From Octopus vulgaris (taxonomy: Eukaryota): 64,000 nucleotides of DNA. Made by a program: the position numbers and the translations under genes. The notes beneath the pieces were generated by a model, which saw only the letters and a list, made by a program, of their open reading frames with translations, was not told the DNA's origin and ran no database searches. Positions 53,856-64,000 of the stretch are shown piece after piece (the first letter of the stretch is position 1; every line of letters starts with the position of its first letter). The stretch is taken from positions 162,750,001 to 162,814,000 of the forward strand of contig OX597815.1 of NCBI GenBank assembly GCA_951406725.2, given 5' to 3'.

Positions 53856-55067
53856 CTGGTTTTTCTCAGTTTCCATGTACCAATTCCACTCACAAGGCTT
53901 TGGTCAGCTTGAGGTGAAAGAAAAAGACAATTGCCCAAGATGCCACAGTGGGACTGAACCCAGGATCATGTGGTTGGGAAGCAAACTTCTTATTTCTTTA
54001 TTGCCCACAAAGAGCCAAACATAGAGGGGACAAACAAGGACAGTCAAAGAGATTAAGTTGATTACATCAGCCCCAGTGCACAACTGGTACTTAATTTATC
54101 GACTCTGAAAGGATGGAAAGCAAAGTTGACCTCGTCAGAATTTGAACTCAGAATGTAACAGCAGACGAAATACTTTTTGAGGCAATACTGAAAAATGAAT
54201 TTTCTCTCAGCTACTTAGCTCTTCTGAGTTTGATCTTGTCACTACCTATTCCACAGACCTTACCAAACAGCCATGCCTGCACCTACTTCTATATCACTGG
54301 TACTTTATTTATGGGGGATTTAGCAGGTTTGATCTCAAAATACAATGATAAAATTACTAATTATTAAAGTGAATCTAAGGGAAACTCTGGCTACACTAGT
54401 GCCTTTCACTAAATAATGATTTCAAATTTTGGCACAAGACCAGCAATTTTAGGAGGAGGAAGAGGAGCTTAGTCAATTACATCGACCACTGTGTTCAACT
54501 GGTACTTATTTTATTGATCCTGAAATTATGAAAGACAGAATTGATCTCAGTGGAATTTGAATTCAGTACATTAAAGCCAATTACCACTAAGAATTTTGCC
54601 TTGCATGCTAATGATTCTGCCAGCTAGTTGCTTTCCGATAATTCTTTCTAATTTTGACACAAAGTCAGAAATTTTGAGGTCGGGGTGCAAGCTGGTTACA
54701 TCAGCACCAGTGTTTGGCTGGTACTTTATTTTATTGACTCCTAAAAGATGAAAGGCAAAGTTAATCTCAGCAGAAGAAATGCTACAAAGCACTTAGCTCA
54801 AAATGCTAATGATTCTGTTAGCTCACTGCCTTGACCTTTGGCTAAATAGTGCCATACCAGTGCCATGTAAAAAGCACCAAGCACACTCTGTAGAGTGGTT
54901 GGTGTTAGGAAGGGCATCCAGCTGTAGAAACAAACCAAAATCAGACTGGAACCTGGTGCAGCTCTCCTACATGCTTGCACTGGTCATATTGTCCAACCCA
55001 TGCCAGCATAGAAAACAGATGCTAAGTGATAATGATGATGTTGATGATAATGAATAGTAACAATAGT

Positions 55068-55218
55068 GACTGCGGTAAGTAGCTTGTCTACCAACCACAT
55101 GGTTCCGGGTTCAGTCCCACTGTGTGGCACCATGGGCAAGTGTCTTCTACTATAGCCTCGGGTTGACCAAAGCCTTGTGAGTGGATTTGGTAGACGGAAA
55201 CTGAAAGAAGCCCGTCAT

Positions 55219-55254
<36 letters not shown>

Positions 55255-55510
55255 ATGTGTGTGTGTGTGTGTTTGTGTGTATGTGTGTGTGTGTGTGTTT
55301 GTGTGTCTGTGTTTGTCCCCCCCCCCAACATCGCTTGACAACCGATGGTTGTGTGTTTACGTCCCCCTAACTTAGTGGTTCAGTATAAGAGTCCGATAGA
55401 ATAAGTACTTGGCTTACAAAGAATAAGTCCTGGGGTTGATTTGCTCGACTGAAGGCAGTGCTCCAGCATGGCCACAGTCAAATGACTGGAGCAAGTAAAA
55501 GAGTAAAAGA
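55068..55510 (+). mobile_element. Young full-length SINE family A
   Basis: CpG-retaining copy with internal (TA)(TG)n. Confidence 0.88.
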
Positions 55511-57018
55511 GAGTAAGCAAATACAAAGAAATGACTACACAGAGATACATGCAGAAGTTCAAATTTACATATGAACTATAGGTTTTACACAAAGTAAACT
55601 TGTATTCTATACTGATTCTCTCTGTATCTCCTCTGCCACAATTGATTTTACTTAAGCAACATACAGAATGAGTGTATAATTCAGTTAATCACATAACTTC
55701 TCAAACACAGATTTGTTTAACCACTAAACTATGTGAAATTGATTGGTTTATTGCATATGCTAATAACATCAATTTTGGTTAATTGCATAAAATTACTTTC
55801 CAGTTTTGAGTAAAAAAAGCAAAAAAAGCATGAAATTGAACATTTATTTTATTTGATTTGAATAAAGTAATTTTCTGGTAACTTTTGTTTACATTATGAG
55901 TTACAAGAACTATATCTTGATTGCAATTTATTGTTTCTGGATGAAACACTATATTCTCCATTGCTTTAGCTTTAGTTTCCCTGGCTGTTGCTAATAGGTA
56001 ACAGACCGTTAAGCTTTAGACAGGCACTGCTTCCAAAGGAAGAACAACAATCTATTATTTGTTTCATATTTTTAACCCTTTCGTTACCAACCTGGCTAAA
56101 ACCGGCTCTGGCTCTGTAGTATAAATGCCTTCTTTTCAAAAGTTCTGAATTAAAATCTTCCACCAAATCTTAGTCACAATTTATGTTCTTAACACTAACT
56201 TAATGATAACTAAGTTCTTTTACTAAATACTTTGTTTGACATAACTTCACAGTTCAATGGTTTTGTTGCACTCTGTGTATTTTGGGAAGGTCCCAGTAAT
56301 GACACTTTCATACCTGTAGAATTTGATCTCAAATTGGCAAAGACTGCCTCACTTTGCCAGAAAATTCTGAGAGTTATTCATAGTCCTCAAACTGAATATA
56401 CTTTGAAATAGACTGCTTAGCTGATTCTCTTCAATGCCCGAGATTTCTCACCCAAAACTTTATCACTCTTCCTACACAATAACTGTTAATATGAAAATTC
56501 TTCTAGTTACATTGAGCTGGGAGTGTGTCTTTTTATGTGTTAGTAATTCTTATTGGCACTCTTGTAGAAAAAGCCATATTGAAAAAAAATAAAAGAAAAA
56601 TGCAGGTGATAATTTTAAACTAAATAAAATTATATATGCTTCTTTTATCACACTTATAGTTACTATTTATTTCTTGGTTATATTTACCACTAAGTTCATT
56701 ATCATATTTGCTACTCATATCATAGTTATATTTACTACTTATATTTTACTTATATTTGCTATTCATTTCATGGTCATATCGACTACATGTTTAATGGCTA
56801 TGTTACTTGTACCTTCATGGTTATGTTTGCTATTCATTTCATGATTATATTTGCTTTTTATATCATGGTTACATTTGCTACTTGTGATATCATCGTTATA
56901 TTTGCCGTTTATTTATGGATATTTTCTCTACTTTATTTCATGGTTATTTCTCCTACTTATTTCATGATTACTTTTTCTGCTTATTTTTTGCAGTGATTTA
57001 AATATTAGTGACTCTACA

Positions 57019-57256
57019 ATGGCTGAAAATTATGACAACGAAGACAGGCTGTCAGCAGAAGCTTCAAGCTGCAATTCTAATTGCTCAGAAGCTGGGGGAA
57101 GTGACCACAGTGATAGCTTAACAGAATCTGAAGCTGAAGATGATGCTGACATCGACAATCTAAATACTGCTGATAATGAGGAAATGTTAACCCTTATTGA
57201 TGATGATATTCCATACTTGAAGCCCATCAAAAATGAGTTTCCAGGAGAGATTGAAG
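57019..57256 (+). CDS. Candidate coding exon, acidic Ser/Asp/Glu-rich (resembles the N-terminus of piggyBac-type transposases)
   Basis: Stop-free 79-codon acidic ORF; upstream ttttttgcag acceptor (56993); gaag|gttagt donor at 57256/57257. Confidence 0.35.
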
Positions 57257-58001
57257 GTTAGTGGTTTATATTTAACTAGGTCATTTCCCATCACTATGCT
57301 GCCAGTAAAAATATTTGTTAATAATGTACATACTTTCACAAAGTGAAAGTTATCTTTTAAAGTGTGTTGTGTTGTGTTGACAGTTTTTACACTTAAAATT
57401 TGCATATTTTAAATCAAAGTTTGTTAATTACTATGGTGACAACACTACCTACCCCTCTCTCTTTCTCTTTCTCTATCTGTCTATCTTTCACACACACACT
57501 CTCTCTCTCTCACTCACACTGTATTTTTCTCTCACAACAACTTTTCTCCTCCACGTCTTCTAAAAATACATTATACGTACATATATTATGATTCCTCCCC
57601 TTTTTTCTCTCCTTTAATAAATGTTGTGAATAGACAAATAGAGATCTAGTTCTCTTTTGTAATATAAAATTCCCTCCTTGAATATATTGGAGGCGTGTTG
57701 TTCTTGTTTATACTAAATGAACAGTATAATTTCTCATATGTATTCAACTAAGTTCTTGATATAATCCTCAAATGCTGTTCCTCAGTGTCCTCTGACATTC
57801 AGAGATTATCAATTTATCATTGCTGTTGTTGTTATTGCTTAGCACTAGATCATCTCTGTTGGAACAGAATCAATGATCACTGGTATTCCAGTAATGACCA
57901 TCTTATCATCATTTTAGATACAGCAAGTGAAACCATTAATCCAGACACAATTTTTTCTCTCGCTGTTTTTTTGCCTCTCTTCATTTTGTTTTTCCTTATT
58001 C

Positions 58002-58037
58002 CTTTCTAACAAAGAGCATAGACTCGAAATGTCAAAG
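58002..58037 (+). ncRNA. Decayed minimal hammerhead motif in a PLE-type terminal repeat (~57985-58170)
   Basis: cttt ctaacaa a gagc atag actc GAAA tg TC aaag; core is CTGACGA with two G>A changes. Confidence 0.45.
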
Positions 58038-58845
58038 ACTTTTCCTTTCTTCCTGAGTGTCAAACTAATACACCTTGTTTGTTGTTCCCTCACCTGTCTC
58101 AGTCTTTTGGTTTTTGTACTCAGAACTAGTTTATTCTGTGTGTCCTGTCCTTCTTTTTTTAACTCTTTTGTTGCCATATTTCTCTTGAACATTGTCTTTG
58201 TTTCAATTAATTCTGGCAATGATGAAGAATTTAGTAAAATAATTCTGTTGTTATTTGGCTGGTGTTTGGAACATAAACTAGCATGAAATTTTGATGGAAA
58301 ATTCTAAATAAAGCCACTGCAGGAGCAGTCTCAAGTGGGGTATAATCAAAAGGGATAAGAAGGTAGCATGAAGTAGATTTAGCTAATACTCCTCATTTGT
58401 TGATCAGCTCTTGCTTCCTAACCGCATGAACCCAGAACCATGTGGTTGGTAAGCAAGCTACTTACCACACAGCCACTCCTGCACCTAATATATGTATGTA
58501 TGGTATGTATTTATGTATGTATGTATGTATGTATGTATGTATGTATGTATGTATGTATGTATGTATGTATGTATACATAAATACATACGTACAAAGATTA
58601 GCTGTGTTTATCTACATCATTACCCCCATATCAGCTTGATTTGGGTTTCTCTTATAGCCACCCTTGATGCTGTTGGCTTTGCTCTAGATGAAGAAGTGAA
58701 AGTTTAAGCTGAAGTTCATTCAAGCTCCACTATATGTTCTTTATACTGAACTTATTTCCCTCTCATCTGCTGACTGTGTGTGTTTTGATATAGATATCTT
58801 TATATATATATATATATATAAAGAGAGAGAGAGAGAGATACATAC

Positions 58846-58876
<31 letters not shown>

Positions 58877-59781
58877 TGAGGTCTGATCAGTAAGTATCCA
58901 GACTGTTGCCATAGTAATGAAGCTAAAGCATGCAGAGTGGAGCTGCTTAGCAAAGGTTGACCTTGAACTCTGCTGTGCATGTGCACTAAGTTTTAATGTT
59001 CTAGCTCATTTTGTTGTTTACAGTAGTGCTCAGAAGGAAGGTGTGTAGCATGGGATTGTTGCATTGACAATGATAGAGAAAGTTGTCATGGGGTAGCTGC
59101 TCAGAGGCCTATGCAAAGTTGCAGAAAATGTATGGAGAGGAGTGTATGAGCCACACACATGTGTATGAGCCACACACATGTGTATGAGTGATTTAGACAT
59201 TTCCAAGATGGCTGACAAAATGATGATAAATGTTGAATGTTCTGGGAGACCTGCAACCAGCAGAACTGAAAAAAACATTGCAGATGTGTGTGCAGCTATG
59301 AGAGAAAATCATCAAATTACCATTCGTGAGTTATTAGAGAATGTGCAGATTAGTTACAGTTCAGTCCATTATCACTGAAGACTTGGGTATGAGACCCATG
59401 TCTGCTAAGTTTGTGCCCAAACTACTTTCAGCTGACTAAAGAGCCATTTGGGTTTCATTTGCTCAAGATCTTTATCGTATCGATAATGATGAAAACTTTA
59501 TGAAAACTTTGCGTAGGCCTTTGAGCAGGTGTTGCCAAGCTTTTAGCAAAATTTGATGCAGATTCCCTGCTCAACGTTTTGTGTCATAGTCAATGCGATG
59601 AGCACACACTACATACCTTCCTTCCAAGCACTGCTGTAAACAAGAGAAGTGAGCTAGACCATAAAAATTTAGTGAACATGCATAGCAGATTTCAAGGTTA
59701 TTCTGTGCCAATCGACTTCACTCTGCTTGCTTTAGCTTCGTTACTATGGCAACAGTCCAGATACTTATCGATCAGACCATG
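58877..59781. mobile_element. Non-autonomous mariner-derived fold-back element, copy 1
   Basis: Long TIRs gaggtctgatcagtaagtatccagactgttgcc; N-terminal HTH remnants on both strands. Confidence 0.85.
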
Positions 59782-60519
59782 TATATATGTATATGTGTGT
59801 GTGTGCCAGCCATGATCTTTCTTTCTTGGCCTAACTGCTGACCATCAACACCTCTTGTGTCCATCTCCCATGTTCTTGCCTTTAGTCTTTCACTTCATAC
59901 CCACCAGCTCAATTTGAATCATTCTCAGTCGAAAGATGCCTGTTGTTATTTCTTGTTTGTATTCGTAATTGTGTACCATGTTCTCCATTTTTTTGTTTAA
60001 TTGTTTTTTTGTCTTTGTTGCCATACACATTTGCTAGCTTTCTTACAAAGAGGTCTAATGCTCTTATCTTAGACTTTTTTGGAGGCAACTAGATCGAACC
60101 ATCTGAAATGTAGCTGCCCAAAATGGTCATGACTTCTGGGATTTGGCTGATGAAAGACAGCCAAGAATGACCCGTCTTTTTTTGCCTGTACTTCTAATTG
60201 TTATTTCTCTTGTCTGCCTTTGTATCAGCTATCTGTCCAAACGTTTTAATGCACCCTATTGCATTATATATATATATAGGTAAGGTGAGTATATAGGGAT
60301 AAATTATCCATGTGAGTACTGTAAATGCTCTCAGGTATATTCCAGTTTATGGCTAACTGTATCAAGTAGTAATAAACATCAATGATCACTTGGTATTAGC
60401 AATCCTGCTGTAATTCTCCTGATGGGTAACTCTGGGTTTGCTTCTCTGGATTATGAATATTATGAGGGGTGTATCATATTCATATGTAGGTGTATATATG
60501 TTTATATCAATGTCCTTAG

Positions 60520-61720
60520 TTTGATTAACTCTGTAAATATTTGGTGTGCTTGAATTGAATTATTTGATATCTGACATCTCCATACTTCCTCATATCTTTG
60601 GCTACTTTACTTCTTATTTTTGCTTTCTTATATTTGTTCTATACTTTTTGGGTTTTTTTTTATATCATTTCTGTTGCAGGTCTTTTCCTTCATCACAACT
60701 GACTGAAATAGCTCTATTTATCCAAGAGTTCTTGATTTCCTTTTTTTTCTCTTTTTAAGAATTTTGGTGGTTGTCATTATTATTTCTACAAAGGCTCCTG
60801 TTAATTCTTGAACATTAGCATCTTATAAAAATTGCATAGATTTGATTCCTTGTTGTCTCTGATTTAAATTCTTTTGCTGTGTTCAGGTCTAAAAATTTTT
60901 CAAGATAAAATTTTATCCTTGCATTCATTTCTTCATGACTGATTTGAGCTTAACTTATAATGTCATTATAAAAAAAAAAAGTTAGCAATAATTGCTTATA
61001 TCTATACCTGGAAAAATTTGAGTTTTAGCCTTATTTATGTTCTATCAGTATATTTTTGTCCCTTTATCTTCCATTGATATATTTTGGTGAGATGGTAATA
61101 AAATCAATCTGCTTTATATATTCCTCAAGGTGAATACCATGTTATTGTTCATGACAGTTTCTGCTGGTATATTTTCTATAATTAGTTTGTGTTGTTTTGC
61201 AAATTCTAATAATCCTGGTTTCCTTTTACAAGTTTTATTTTTACAAGTCAAATTTATTGAGTATTCCTTTCCAAGTATCACAAATATCTAATCCAATCAT
61301 TGCAGTGTAGCATCTTGAATTATAAGTATGTTTTCTTTGCTTTGCATGTCATTTTTTGTTTCTAGATCTCAGTAGAATTTCTCCATTTCTTCATCATTGT
61401 AAGTGATGGTTGGAGCATAAATCTGGATGATTATGATGTTGTATGACTTGGCTGTCAGTCTTATTGGGTATATTCTGCTAGAATTCAGTGTAATATGTAT
61501 TACTGACTTTCAGCTATTTTTATGTACCATTTCTACACCTTTGGTTTTTTTTTCAGCTGCTAAACCATATTTTATGCCTATTATCTGCCATAAATTCTCC
61601 CCATTTTGTACATCTTTTTTCAGCAGTTCTTCTAACATTCCAAGAATATCTTTACATCTCATTGATTAGTTCTTGTACTTTCCTTCCCAGATTGATGAAA
61701 CTCACATTTCATTTTATAAC
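60520..61720 (-). pseudogene. Decayed LINE APE endonuclease region (RTE-like)
   Basis: NIIIIQIYAPTITYNDEEMEKFY*DLET; GLLEFAKQHKLIIEN. Confidence 0.7.
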
Positions 61721-62141
61721 TATAAACAAATTTTCATGTAGTTTTAAGTTTTGGTTACACACACACACAACCCCCCCCCCACACACACATGTATATATAG
61801 TTTTTTAATTGATTGCACAAGGCTTGAAAATCCTCTTGTATGCTCTTCTACTCGTGGCTCACAAGCAGCCTACCTGAGAAGGTAAACTTCATGTGAGATA
61901 GATACAGCTATACAGGAATAGTTAACTAATAGAGTGCTGGTGAAATAAAGTGTTGATGCTTCCTAGGGCTAAATAGCAGTAGTGTGATTCCCTTTATGGG
62001 AGTGTCACGTTAAGTTGATAGTATACAACTGCTCTATCATACCACCACTACCTATATATCTCTCTGAGATATTTAGAAATGTAATATTTCTATTTTTTGT
62101 GATCAGTGGATTTATTTCACTGGAATTATTATATATGTTTA

Positions 62142-63013
62142 CAAGGTCTGATCAATAAGTATCTGAACTGTTGCCATAGTCATGAAGCTAAAGCATGCAG
62201 AGTAAAGCTGCTTGGCAGGGATTGACCTGTTGTGCATGCGCACTAAGTTTTAATGTTCTAACTCACTTCTGCTGTTTACAGCAGTGCTTGGAAGGCAGGT
62301 GTGTAGCATGTGATTGTCGCATTGACCATGACAGAGATACCTTCTCAGAGGCCTATGCAAAGTTGCAGAAAGTGTATGGAGAGGAGTGTATGAGCCATAC
62401 ACAAGTGTATGAGTGGTTCAGACATTTCCAAGATGGCCGAAAAAATGCTGATAAATGTTGAATGTTCTGAGAGAGCTGCATCCAGCAGAACTGAGAAAAA
62501 CATTGCAGATGTGCATGCATCTGTGAAGGGAAATCATCGAATCACCATCCATGAGTTATCAGAGGGTGTGAAGATTCGCTAAAACTCAGTTCAGTCCATT
62601 ATCACTGAAGATTTGGGTATGAGACGTGTGTCTGCCAAGTTTGTGCCAAAACTGCTTTCAGCTGACCAAAATGACACTCGGGTTTCATTTGCACAAGATT
62701 TTGATTGTGTTGAGAACAATGAAAACATTTTGAAAACTTTGCATAGACCTCTGAGTAGGTGTCACCAAGCTTTTGGCAAAATTTGATGCAGATTCTCTGC
62801 TCAACTTTCTGTGCCATGGTCAATGTGACAATCACATGCTACATACTTTCCTTCCAAGCACTGCTGTAAAAATAGCAGGAGTGAGCTAGAATGTTAGAAC
62901 TTAGTGTGCATGCATAGCAGAGTTCAAGGTTAATCTGTGTTAAGAGGCTTCACTCTCTGTGCTTTAGTTTTGTTACTATAGCAACAGTCCGGATACTTGT
63001 TGATCAGACTATG
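62142..63013. mobile_element. Non-autonomous mariner-derived fold-back element, copy 2
   Basis: EAYAKLQKVYGEECMSHTQVYEWFRHFQDGR (+) and MAQKVEQRICIKFCQKLGDTYSEVYAKF (-). Confidence 0.88.
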
Positions 63014-63697
63014 TATGCTTGAAGTAGTTGATAGTTTTTGTTGCCTTGGTCTCCTGTTTAGTTCTAGAGGAAGATGTTCCAAAATTATAGTTATTAGATT
63101 AAGAAAGAGGTGAAGAATGTTCAGGGAGCAATTATTTCTGTTAAAAGGTTTCCTTTTTTCAAGTGAAGGAAATATTATATGAACCTTGTGTACAAAGTGC
63201 AATTTAGGATTATAGTGAGATGTGGGTTTCTATGCAAAGAGTTTGCAAAGACTGAAAAGATATGAGATGAGCATGCTCCCTGGTTGCATATTGTTAGTGT
63301 CATTGAATGATGGAACACATATGAGCTGAGAGAACTGATTATGAAAGGAATTTGGATGTAGTGTGCAAAAGAGATACTTTATTGATATAAGCATATGACA
63401 CATCTAGAAGATGTCAGCTGTATGCTGAGTACTGAAATAATGAAGCACCAAGTGCTGTAAGTAAATCGAAACTATGGAAGAAGAAGATTAAGGAAGACAT
63501 GGGATGAAATGATGAAGAATAATCTCAAGAGGCTGAAATTTTTTGAATAAAAAAAAAGAACAATGCCAAGCATCAAAATACTTTGATGATGATGATGATA
63601 TATACATATTTCAAATTTATAGAAAAACAAAGACGAAGACAGGTGTAGGAACAACAAGCAAGTGTATTAGTTTGACGCTCAGGAAAAATAGAGAAGA

Positions 63698-63733
63698 CTT
63701 TTATGTTTCGAGCCTATGCTCTTCAACAGAAAG
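63698..63733 (-). ncRNA. Hammerhead-like motif with A6U core change in a PLE-type terminal repeat (~63615-63770)
   Basis: Reverse complement: cttt CTGTTGA a gagc atag gctc GAAA ca TA aaag; same family as 58002. Confidence 0.45.
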
Positions 63734-64000
63734 GAATAAGAAGAAATATATAGAGAGGGAATGAAAAAGATGTGTTGAATTCAGTTCTCCAACATGGCGA
63801 ATATATGTATATATATATAAATAGGTAGTATGAGATGTGTATTTAGGGAATCATGTAGCTATCATAGTAAGATTTTTCTATGGATTCAACTATCAGTCCA
63901 TATAGTAACAGCTCATCAAATCATCATTTTAGCTTTCTGTACATTTGTTTTCAAGTTTGGTACTTCTTCTGTTGGTCTTTTTTTCCAAACCACTAAGTTA

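Larger units (their letters stand above)
56076..58354. mobile_element. piggyBac-like composite element or pair of piggyBac MITE ends
   Basis: TTAA|ccctttcg at the left, caaaaggg|ATAA at the right; 56076-56235 is homologous to the reverse complement of 58200-58354; internal ~24-bp tandem repeats 56640-56990. Confidence 0.5.

Noticed and set aside
56640-56990. Regularly spaced ~24-bp repeats resembling a CRISPR array
   Set aside because: Degenerate tandem minisatellite with no unique spacers; eukaryotic context, no cas genes
60140-60185. ctgatga followed by a pairing aagac/gtctt stem
   Set aside because: No GAAA or cleavage triplet, so not called as a hammerhead

Overview
AT-rich, repeat-saturated eukaryotic DNA, most likely an intron or intergenic tract of an octopus (coleoid cephalopod) genome. 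That assignment is inferred from the tRNA-derived SINE families, RTE LINEs with (GAT)n tails and very dense TA/GT/CAT microsatellites. No intact host gene is recognisable, and nearly all long ORFs in the track are microsatellite translations. Recognisable content: RTE and R4-like LINE remnants, Penelope-like (GIY-YIG) remnants, mariner (DD34D), maT-like (DD37D) and Tc1 transposons, hAT and piggyBac-like elements and MITEs, and at least three SINE families. The most interesting signal is at least 8 minimal type-I hammerhead ribozyme (HHR) motifs, several degenerate. They lie in short Penelope-type terminal-repeat segments, often inside (TA)n tracts. One has a compensatory G3-C8 core swap, and several carry an extra purine after A9. 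Similar short inserts form long fold-back palindromes, and one HHR insert abuts a perfect inverted copy of neighbouring DNA. Coordinates were read by eye, so boundaries of degenerate repeats are approximate.
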